From: Planctomycetota bacterium
Lineage (GTDB): Bacteria; Planctomycetota; PLA2; JAEUHO01
Assembly: GCA_965223505.1 (NCBI GenBank)
Contig: CBDCWP010000035.1
Location: 1-49,064, forward strand
DNA: 49,064 nucleotides
Direction of reading: 5' to 3'
This document shows, piece by piece, positions 38,314 to 46,242 of this stretch; position 1 is the first letter of the stretch; the number at the start of each line of letters is the position of its first letter. The position numbers were made by a program, and so were the translations under genes. Under the pieces are notes generated by a model. The model made no database searches, had not been told where the DNA came from, and saw only the letters and a program-made list of their open reading frames with translations.

Positions 38314-41300
38314 ATGCGTGACTCCAACGATCTCCGTCCGAACGACGCGTGTTTGCGCGACGAAGACCTGGCCGCCCTCGCCGAGGGCCGGCTGGATGCG
38401 TCCGCGCGCGAGAACGCCGAACGACACCTCTCGAATTGCGCGGCATGCCGCCGCGCCGTGGTGGACGTGACCCGCGTCGTTGCGGAACAGGCGAAAGTGG
38501 AGCCGCCCGCCGAGCTGGCCGACCGGATTCTGGCCGCGACGCCCGAAACGGCGTCGCCAACGCGAGGGGGCACGATGTTGTCACTGAGGTCGTGGACGGG
38601 TTGGGCGGCGATCGCCGCCGTGTTGTTGGTGGGCATCGGCGTGATCGCCGGGTTTGGACAGCAAGATGAGGAGTCGTCGCGCGCCGACGACGGCGCCGTT
38701 CGGCCCGCTCCGCGCGTTGCCGACCTGCCCGAGGCGACGCCCGCGAACGCGGACGAGGTCGTCGTGCCGCCGCGACTACCGAATCCGGGCGGCCACGTGG
38801 AAGGCATGGAGCGCTACCTCGCGCACGTCTCCACGGACAAGTCGCTCTACAAGCCCGGCGAGCGCATGCTGGCCCGCGCCGTCCTGCTCAACGCGTTCGA
38901 TCGCAGGCCGTTCGCGACCGAGACGACCGCGACGTTCGAGGTCAAGTCGGCGCGCGGCGAGCTGATTCACACCGAGCTTTGCCGGATCGCGGACGGCGTC
39001 GCCGGGTTCGGGTGGGACATCCCGTCCGACCAGACCGGCGGACAGTTCGAGCTGAGCGTGATGGCGCTGAACGGCGCGCCGCCGGCCAAGGCCGAGTTCG
39101 ACATTCGCGCGTATCGCGCGCCGCGGCTGCGGACCGATCTGCAGTTCCTGCGCAAGGCGTACGGTCCCGGCGACGAGGTCGTCGCGACGCTCGAGGCATC
39201 GCGTGCCGAAGGCGGGATTCCCGCCGGCGCGAAGGCGGTCGCCGTCGCCCGCGTGGACGGCGTCGAGGTGCATCGGGAAGAGGTGACGTTGGACGCCGAG
39301 GGCCGCTGCCGGGTCGACTTCACGTTGCCCGCGAAGATCGAGGTCGGCGCCGGCACGTTGGCGCTCGCGATTCTCGACGGCGGCGTCCAGGAGACGGCCG
39401 CGAAGACGATCCCGATCGTCGTCAACAAGCTCGCGATCGAGTTCTTCCCGGAGGGCGGCGAGCTCGTCGCCGGGCTGGACTGCGGCGTCTATCTCTCGGC
39501 GCGCACGCCGAAGCAGGAGCCGGCCGACGTCAAGGGCCGCATCATCGACGAGTCCGGAAACGACGTCGCGACGTTCGAGACGGCGCATGAGGGCCGTGGC
39601 CGCTTCACGTTCGAGCCCAAGGAAGGCGCGTCGTATCTCGCGGTCGTCGATCATCCGGCCGGCATCACCGATCCGTTCCCGTTGCCGTCGGTCGCGTCGT
39701 CGGGCTTCGTCCTGACCGCCCAGCACGACGTGACGGACGCGGGGGCGTCCGTCGTCATCGGCGTGCAGTCGTCCGTCTCCACGGCGGCGACGGTCGGGTT
39801 GTTCCTGCGCGAGCGCGAGCTCGACATCAAGCCGGTTCGCCTCTCCGCGAACGAGGCCGTCGCCGTGCGGCTGGACCCGCAGGAGCGGGCGGACGGCGTG
39901 CTGCGGGTGACGCTGTACGACGCGGAGGGGGAGCCGCGGGCCGAGCGGTTGGTCTTCCGCCGGCCCGATCGAGCGCTCAACGTCGAGCTCACGCCCGATG
40001 CCGACAAGACGGTGCCGGGCGGGCGCGTGCGCGTGAACGTGCGCACGACGGATCATCTCGGTCGCCCGGTTGCCGCCGTCGTCGGGGTGGCCGCGACGGA
40101 CGACGCGGTGCTCTCGAAGATCGACCCGCGCGAGCGCGCGCCGCGTTTGGACGCGCAAGCGTTGCTCGGTGCCGAGGTCTCGGAGCTGCGCGATCCGCAG
40201 GCGTATCTGGACGGCAGCGCGGACGGCGCGCGCAACGTCGACCTGTTGCTCGCGACCCAGGGCTGGCGCCGATTCTGCTACCAGGATCCGGCCGCGTTCT
40301 TGAAGGCCGAGGAAGACAGGGCGCGTACGGTCCTGGCGCACCACAACCCGTCTGCGGAGAAGTTGCTCGAGCTGCTGAAGGACCAGGAGGTCTGGGACAT
40401 GGCGGCCGAGGGCGAAGAAGCCGGAGGCGAGCCTCCGGTGGGCGCGCCGATGCCGGGTGCGGCGGAACGACCGGATGAAGGCGATCGTGGTGCGGCGGAC
40501 CCGGCCGCGGGACCCGTCCTGCCGCAGGGGCCGCCCCAGGCCCCGGGTCTTCGGGAGCCCGCCGAGCCCGAGCCGCGGGCGCCTCCGGTCGCGGATCCCG
40601 CGCCGCCGGCGTTGGAGCCGATGCCCCAGCCCGCGGCCAAGCCGCGGCCCAGGGGTGACGGAGACGAGGACGACGACATCGCCGCCGACTTCGAGGCCCC
40701 CGAACTGCTCGAACGCGAGGTCGCCCACAAGCGTCTGCTGCGGCTGCGTCGGCGTGACGAACCCGCGTGGTTCCGCCTGTACGCACATCGCGCCCCGCAG
40801 GATCGTCCCACGGGCGAGCGTCGCGACTTCACGGAGACCGTGTACTGGAACGCGGCGCTTGCAACCGACGACCAGGGCCGGGCGACGTTCGAGTTCGACG
40901 CCAGCGACTCGATCACGACGCTGCGCGTGCGGGCGGACGGTGTCACGAAGGACGGTGCGCTCGGCGTCGTCGACGCGACGGTCGAGGTACGGCGTCCGTT
41001 CTACGTCGAGCCGAAGTTCCCGCTCGAGGTGACGGCCGGCGACCACGTCGACCTGCCGCTCATGTTCGTCAACGGGACATCGGAGCCGATGAAGGTGACC
41101 TACAGCGTCAGCGGCGAAGCCGAGGGCCTGGACGGCGCGCTGTTCGTGAAGGTCGCCGGCGATGCGAGCGTCCAGGTCGCGGCGGACTCGTCGGCGCGGC
41201 TGATCCTGCCGATCGACGTCGGCACGACGAGCGGGGACGCCGTTCTGCTGATCGAGGCGGCGGCGGGCCCGTACACGGACACCGTCGAGCGCAACATCAA

Positions 41301-42897
41301 GGTCGTGCCTGCCGGCTTCCCGATCCAGGAGAGCTTCGGCGGCGTGCTGGAGCGCATCGTCGAGCACGAGATCGAGCTGCCCGACGACATCGCCGACGGG
41401 AGTCTCACGACGGAGGTGACGGTGTATCCGTCGCCGCTCGCCTCGCTCACGGAGGCGCTGGCGGCGTTGCTGCGCGAGCCGTACGGCTGCTTCGAGCAGA
41501 CCAGCTCGTCGAACTACCCGAACGTGATGGCGCTGCAGTACATGGCGTCGCACGAGGGCGTGGACCCGGCGTTGGTCAAGCGCGCCAGGACGCTGCTGGA
41601 CAAGGGCTACAAGAAGCTCGTCTCGTTCGAGTGCAAGCAGAAGGGGTACGAGTGGTTCGGAGGCGATCCGGGACACGAAGCGCTGACGGCGTACGGCGTG
41701 CTCGAGTTCGCCGACATGAGCCAGGTGATGGACGTGGACCAGGCGATGGTCGAGCGCACGCGCAAGTGGCTGCTCTCGCGCCGCGACGGCAAGGGCGGGT
41801 TCGAGCGCAACAGCCGCGCGCTCGACTCGTTCGGCAGTGCGCCGCAGGACATCACCGACGCGTACATCCTCTGGGCGCTGACCGAGACCGGGCAGGACGA
41901 TCTCGACAAGGAGATCGCGAAGCTGCGCGAGCGCGCTTCGGCGTCGAAGGACGCGTACCTCTTGGCGCTCGCCGCGAACGTGTTCTGGAATACGGGCGAT
42001 CGCGAGACGGCGCACGGCGTGATGAAGAAGCTCTCGGAGCTGCAGGACGAGACCGGTGTCGTGAACGGCGCCGCGACGTCCATCACGCGTTCGGGCGGCG
42101 AGAGCCTTCAGATCGAGGCGACGTCGCTGACGATCCTGGCGTGGCTGCGCACCGACAAGCACACGCGCGAGATCGAGAGTGCGATGCGCTGGTTGTCGGG
42201 ACGTTGCAAGGCGGGGCGCTTCGGTTCGACGCAGGCCACGATCCTGGCGCTGAAGGCGATCACGGCGTACGACAGCCAGCGGGCGCGGCCGAAGGTGCCG
42301 GGCGTGGTGCACCTGGTGGTGGACGGCGCGTCGGTGCACGAGGTGCCGTTCCCGGCCGGGGCCGAGGAGCCGATCGTGATTCCGAGCTTCGCGTTCAAGC
42401 TCGCTCCGGGGCCGCACACGGTGCAGCTGCGCATGGAGGGCGGCGCGGACATGCCGTACTCGATGACGGTGCGCTACAACGCGACGACGCCCGTGTCGGC
42501 GGCGGGATCTCCGCTTTCGATCGAGACGTCCGTGGCGCAGGCGAGGGTCGCGGAAGGCGAGCCGGTCGAGGTGCCGGTGGTCGTGCGCAACGACACGTCC
42601 GAGGGCATTCCGATGGCGGTGGCGATCGTGGGGATTCCCGGGGGTCTCGAGGTGCGCGCGGAGCAGCTGAAGGAGCTGGTGAAGGAGGGCCTGGTGGACG
42701 CGATCGAGACGCGCGGCCGCGAGGTGATCCTCTACTGGCGCGCGATGGCGCCCGACGCGAAGCACGCGCTGAACCTTTCGTGCATCGCGGCCGTGCCGGG
42801 CACGTACGAGGGGCCGGCGTCGCGCACGTACCTCTACTACACCGACGAGGAAAAGGTGTGGGTCGAGGGCCTCCAGGTCGAGGTGACGGCGAAGTAG
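38314..42897 (+). CDS. Zinc anti-sigma (HxxxCxxC) + TM fused to alpha-2-macroglobulin-family thioester protein
   Basis: HLSNCAAC at 38425-38448; TM WAAIAAVLLVGIGVIAG; TDKSLYKPGE (MG domain), IRAYRAP, FFPEGG, RRDFTETVYW, SDSITT, thioester PYGCFEQT (41488-41499), FGSTQAT, C-terminal PGTY..YLYY. Confidence 0.93.
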   Translation: MRDSNDLRPNDACLRDEDLAALAEGRLDASARENAERHLSNCAACRRAVVDVTRVVAEQAKVEPPAELADRILAATPETASPTRGGTMLSLRSWTGWAAIAAVLLVGIGVIAGFGQQDEESSRADDGAVRPAPRVADLPEATPANADEVVVPPRLPNPGGHVEGMERYLAHVSTDKSLYKPGERMLARAVLLNAFDRRPFATETTATFEVKSARGELIHTELCRIADGVAGFGWDIPSDQTGGQFELSVMALNGAPPAKAEFDIRAYRAPRLRTDLQFLRKAYGPGDEVVATLEASRAEGGIPAGAKAVAVARVDGVEVHREEVTLDAEGRCRVDFTLPAKIEVGAGTLALAILDGGVQETAAKTIPIVVNKLAIEFFPEGGELVAGLDCGVYLSARTPKQEPADVKGRIIDESGNDVATFETAHEGRGRFTFEPKEGASYLAVVDHPAGITDPFPLPSVASSGFVLTAQHDVTDAGASVVIGVQSSVSTAATVGLFLRERELDIKPVRLSANEAVAVRLDPQERADGVLRVTLYDAEGEPRAERLVFRRPDRALNVELTPDADKTVPGGRVRVNVRTTDHLGRPVAAVVGVAATDDAVLSKIDPRERAPRLDAQALLGAEVSELRDPQAYLDGSADGARNVDLLLATQGWRRFCYQDPAAFLKAEEDRARTVLAHHNPSAEKLLELLKDQEVWDMAAEGEEAGGEPPVGAPMPGAAERPDEGDRGAADPAAGPVLPQGPPQAPGLREPAEPEPRAPPVADPAPPALEPMPQPAAKPRPRGDGDEDDDIAADFEAPELLEREVAHKRLLRLRRRDEPAWFRLYAHRAPQDRPTGERRDFTETVYWNAALATDDQGRATFEFDASDSITTLRVRADGVTKDGALGVVDATVEVRRPFYVEPKFPLEVTAGDHVDLPLMFVNGTSEPMKVTYSVSGEAEGLDGALFVKVAGDASVQVAADSSARLILPIDVGTTSGDAVLLIEAAAGPYTDTVERNIKVVPAGFPIQESFGGVLERIVEHEIELPDDIADGSLTTEVTVYPSPLASLTEALAALLREPYGCFEQTSSSNYPNVMALQYMASHEGVDPALVKRARTLLDKGYKKLVSFECKQKGYEWFGGDPGHEALTAYGVLEFADMSQVMDVDQAMVERTRKWLLSRRDGKGGFERNSRALDSFGSAPQDITDAYILWALTETGQDDLDKEIAKLRERASASKDAYLLALAANVFWNTGDRETAHGVMKKLSELQDETGVVNGAATSITRSGGESLQIEATSLTILAWLRTDKHTREIESAMRWLSGRCKAGRFGSTQATILALKAITAYDSQRARPKVPGVVHLVVDGASVHEVPFPAGAEEPIVIPSFAFKLAPGPHTVQLRMEGGADMPYSMTVRYNATTPVSAAGSPLSIETSVAQARVAEGEPVEVPVVVRNDTSEGIPMAVAIVGIPGGLEVRAEQLKELVKEGLVDAIETRGREVILYWRAMAPDAKHALNLSCIAAVPGTYEGPASRTYLYYTDEEKVWVEGLQVEVTAK

Positions 42898-42934
42898 GAG
42901 GCCGGCGGAGCCGAGAGAAAAAACCCGGAACCGT

Positions 42935-42961
42935 GCAACGCGGAGGCGTGCCCGTGGCAAG
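42935..42961 (+). promoter_or_regulatory. Candidate ECF-type promoter (GCAAC-N16-GGCAAG)
   Basis: Ends 9 nt before ATG 42971; matches the element at 901-926. Confidence 0.4.
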
Positions 42962-42970
42962 GATGGGTAC

Positions 42971-45529
42971 ATGGCACGCCGACTCGAGTCCCTCTTCGTT
43001 CGCTACCGCCGCCGCGGGGACGTGGCCGCCCTGGGCAAGGTCTTCGATCAGGCCGCCCCCGAGATCCTCCGCGTCGCCATGCACTTCGCGCGGCATCCCG
43101 TCGAGGCCGAGGACCTGCTGCAGGACACCTTCCTGACCGCGATCGCCCGCGCCGAGACCTACGACGCCGACCGCCCGCTCACGCCCTGGCTGATCGGGAT
43201 CCTCAAGAACCACGCGCGCAAGCTCGGCCGCCGGCGCAGGCGGGATGCCGGGACCGCCGCCGATGTCGAATCGGCCCTCGTCGCAGACGAGCCGTGGATG
43301 GACGTCACGTGGAGCGACGAGGTCGCCGGCGCCGTCGAAGCACTGCCCGATCCGTATCGCCAGGTGCTCGTGCTCCGCCTGCGCCACGACAAGTCGCCCG
43401 CAGAGATCGCCGTCCTGCTCGACCTGCCGCCGGCCACGATTCGCTCGCAGCTGCACCGCGGGCTCGAACGCCTGCGACGCCGCCTGCCGCCGGACGCATG
43501 CGTACTCGCGGCGCTGCCCGTCGGCGTCGGACTGCAGGGCATTCGCGAGACCGTGCTCGCGAGCGCGACCCAGGCCGCGGTCGTGTCGAGCACCGCAACG
43601 GCCACACTGCTCACCGGAGGCCTCGTCATGACGAAGAACACCATGATTGCCGCCGGCGCCCTCGTCGCCGTGCTGCTGTTCGGCGGCGTCGCCTGGTTCG
43701 GCGGCGTCTTCGATGCCGACGACGAGAAGGAGAACGATCGAGCCCTTGCCCAGACCGCGAGCGATGCCGATCGCGGCGCCGACGCTGCCGACGGCCCGTC
43801 CGCCACGCTCGTCGGCAACCGCGACTCGATCGACGGCGATCCGGCGCCGATCAGTGCACCGTCCGAGGGGTCGGCGGATGACGGCGAAGGCGTGTGGCCG
43901 CCGAAGCGCGAGATTCCCGCGGACAAGGGCAGCGTCGCCGGCACGATCACGTTCGAGGACGGCACGCCGGTCGCCGGTGTGACCGTGGCCCTCTGGGGTT
44001 CATCCGCCATCGCGGCCGAGACCGACGCGCAGGGCCGGTACCACATCCACGCGGACTGGGTGCATGCGCGGTCGGTGTATCTGTGGCTCGGGCGTGACGA
44101 CCAGCCCGAGTACCTCGGCTTGATCCTCTCGACCGACGTGAAGATGCGCAACGGCGAGCTCGTCCTGCGCGACATCCGGGTCAAGCGCGGCCTCGATCTG
44201 AAAGCGCGCGTCGTGGACGCGCGGACGAGAGAGCCGATCGAAGGCGCGAGCGTCGTGCTGCGCTGCCAACCGCTCCGGCAGGGGCAGGCTTCGTCGGGGT
44301 TCTACCGGACCGGGGCGGACGGGAGCTTCCACTTCCCGTACGTGCCCCGCGGCGTCTACACCGTGGAGCTGGCGTGCGAGGGATACGAGGGCAGCGTCGA
44401 GGCGTTCGACCTCACCTACGGCCGGCTCCCCACGGAGCTGACCTTGCTCGCGTCGCGTCCGTTCGTCATCCAGTTCGAGAACCTGCCCCCGAGCGCGATC
44501 GGCACCACCGTCTCCGTGGACCTCTCGCGCATGGACCAAACCGCCTTCTCCGTGATGACCGACGCCACGGTTGCTCGCGACGGGACGCTGCGCGTGGACG
44601 CCCCCGAAGCGGGCCGGTATCGCCTAACGCTCTTCAGGTCGAGTCATCTGCCGCGTCTCGAGCGCGACGTCGAGATTCCCGAAGGGCGCCTGGAGCCCCT
44701 CGTATGGAGGCTGCCGAGCGGTGCGCACGTCGTCGGCTCGCTGCGTGACGCCGAGGACGAGCCGATCGTCGATGCGCAGGTGTCGATCGGCGGCGCCGCC
44801 GGCAGTCCCAAGACCGACGACGAGGGAGCGTTCGCGTTCTCCTACGTCCCGACCGGCGAGCGCACAGTCAAGGTTCACGTCGGCACGGCGTGGTTGAACA
44901 TCGGTCGCGTGACGGTCGGCAGCTCGGGAACCGTACGCGCGGATCTACGTGCGGCGGGTTCGTGCGCGTTGACGGGGCGATTCCTCGTCGGCGGCACGCC
45001 GGTCATGTGGACTGAAGGCGGGCTGAAGATTCGCGACCTGAACGCGGATCGCGAGATCGCTACGGCACGGCCCGACAAGACGGGCGGCTTCCGTGTTCCG
45101 CTGCTACCGGCCGGGACCTACGAGATTCACGCGTGGTGCTCACGGGGCGCGCCGAAGAAGGTGCAGGTCGTCGTGGCGAACGGCGACGTGAAGGACGTCG
45201 GTGCGATCGATCTCGTTGCGTTCGAGCGCGTCCCGGTTCGGTTCGTGTTGCCCAACGGCGGGACGGTGCCCGATCAAATCTCGGTGCAGGCCTTCGATCC
45301 GGCCGAGCTGCCGAAGCGCGTGCCCGCGTTCGCGCTGTCGGACGGCGAGAAGCTATGGATGGCGCCGTACCTGACGCGCGAGGCGGACGGCGTCGCCTGG
45401 GTGGAGCGGCTCACGCGCGGCCGTGTGCGCATCGAGTTCGTCGCCGAGGGATTCGAGACGGCGGCGATCGATGTCGAGGTGAGGCGCGGCATGAGCGAGC
45501 CGATCGCAGTGCAGTTGGAGGCGAAGTAG
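42971..45529 (+). CDS. ECF sigma factor fused to TM and repeated carboxypeptidase-regulatory-like domains
   Basis: EAEDLLQDTF, PWLIGILKN, LPDPYRQVLVLR..TIRSQLHRGLERLRRRL; TM; repeats GTITFEDGTPVAGVTV, RVVDARTREPIEGASV, GSLRDAEDEPIVDAQV. Confidence 0.92.
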   Translation: MARRLESLFVRYRRRGDVAALGKVFDQAAPEILRVAMHFARHPVEAEDLLQDTFLTAIARAETYDADRPLTPWLIGILKNHARKLGRRRRRDAGTAADVESALVADEPWMDVTWSDEVAGAVEALPDPYRQVLVLRLRHDKSPAEIAVLLDLPPATIRSQLHRGLERLRRRLPPDACVLAALPVGVGLQGIRETVLASATQAAVVSSTATATLLTGGLVMTKNTMIAAGALVAVLLFGGVAWFGGVFDADDEKENDRALAQTASDADRGADAADGPSATLVGNRDSIDGDPAPISAPSEGSADDGEGVWPPKREIPADKGSVAGTITFEDGTPVAGVTVALWGSSAIAAETDAQGRYHIHADWVHARSVYLWLGRDDQPEYLGLILSTDVKMRNGELVLRDIRVKRGLDLKARVVDARTREPIEGASVVLRCQPLRQGQASSGFYRTGADGSFHFPYVPRGVYTVELACEGYEGSVEAFDLTYGRLPTELTLLASRPFVIQFENLPPSAIGTTVSVDLSRMDQTAFSVMTDATVARDGTLRVDAPEAGRYRLTLFRSSHLPRLERDVEIPEGRLEPLVWRLPSGAHVVGSLRDAEDEPIVDAQVSIGGAAGSPKTDDEGAFAFSYVPTGERTVKVHVGTAWLNIGRVTVGSSGTVRADLRAAGSCALTGRFLVGGTPVMWTEGGLKIRDLNADREIATARPDKTGGFRVPLLPAGTYEIHAWCSRGAPKKVQVVVANGDVKDVGAIDLVAFERVPVRFVLPNGGTVPDQISVQAFDPAELPKRVPAFALSDGEKLWMAPYLTREADGVAWVERLTRGRVRIEFVAEGFETAAIDVEVRRGMSEPIAVQLEAK

Positions 45530-45577
45530 AGCGGGTCGTCCCGCCGTGCCGGGAGCCGGGCCGGTACCATTGCGCCC

Positions 45578-46159
45578 GTGGATCCTGTCGCCGCTCGAAG
45601 CGAGCTCGTTCGCGGACTGCAGCTCGCCTATTCGGGCGAGTGGGGCGCCGTGCGGGCGTACCTGGGGCATCGCGCGTTCGCGGTGAACAACACGGCGGAA
45701 CGCAATGCGATCACGCGGATCCTGAAGGACGAGCTGCTGCACCGGCGCTGCATCCTGAAGATGCTCGATCAGGTCGGGAGCAGTCCGGATCCCAAGGCCG
45801 AGAAGAAGCTCGATCGCGTCGGCCGATTCATCACGCTGATCTGCCGGTTCGGCGGCTGGTACATCCCGATGTACGGCGCGGCGCGGCTCGAGGCGGACAA
45901 CATCGTCGAGTACGAGATCGCGGCGCGCTTGGCCTGGCACGCCGGGCTGCGCGACTGGATCGACGATCTGCTCGAGATGGCCGAGGTCGAGTGGGATCAC
46001 GAGCACGTGTTGCGCGGGTTCGCGTCATCGCACTGGCTGTGGCGGTTCTCGCCGAAGTGGCCGGTCCCGGCCCTGCGTGAGCAGATCCGCGCGAGCTTCG
46101 ACGCATGGACCCGCAGCCCGACCGACGTCGAGCGCCGGAAGGCGTGGTTGGTGCGGTAG
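45578..46159 (+). CDS. Ferritin-like di-iron protein (Coq7-like motif pattern)
   Basis: AYSGEWGAVRAY, DELLH and EVEWDHE (two ExxH motifs). Confidence 0.75.
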   Translation: MDPVAARSELVRGLQLAYSGEWGAVRAYLGHRAFAVNNTAERNAITRILKDELLHRRCILKMLDQVGSSPDPKAEKKLDRVGRFITLICRFGGWYIPMYGAARLEADNIVEYEIAARLAWHAGLRDWIDDLLEMAEVEWDHEHVLRGFASSHWLWRFSPKWPVPALREQIRASFDAWTRSPTDVERRKAWLVR

Positions 46160-46242
46160 GGGCAGCCCTTGTGGCTGCCCAACCGGTCATCCGATCGCGA
46201 CGGGTCGACGAACGCTTGGGCGACCACGCTGGTCGCCCCTAC
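46156..46242. repeat. GTAG-family REP doublet, copy 3
   Basis: GTAGGGGCAGCCCTTGTGGCTGCCC ... GGGCGACCACGCTGGTCGCCCCTAC. Confidence 0.9.

Noticed and set aside
38776..42972. 1398-aa minus-strand ORF, and similar long antisense ORFs (17556-20228, 26137-28383, 31715-33991, 22910-25060)
   Set aside because: Shadow ORFs opposite motif-rich genes, expected in high-GC DNA; Arg-rich with no recognisable motifs.
16229..46242. CRISPR array from the repeated palindromic 25-mers
   Set aside because: Copies are dispersed inverted doublets with no regular spacers and no cas genes.
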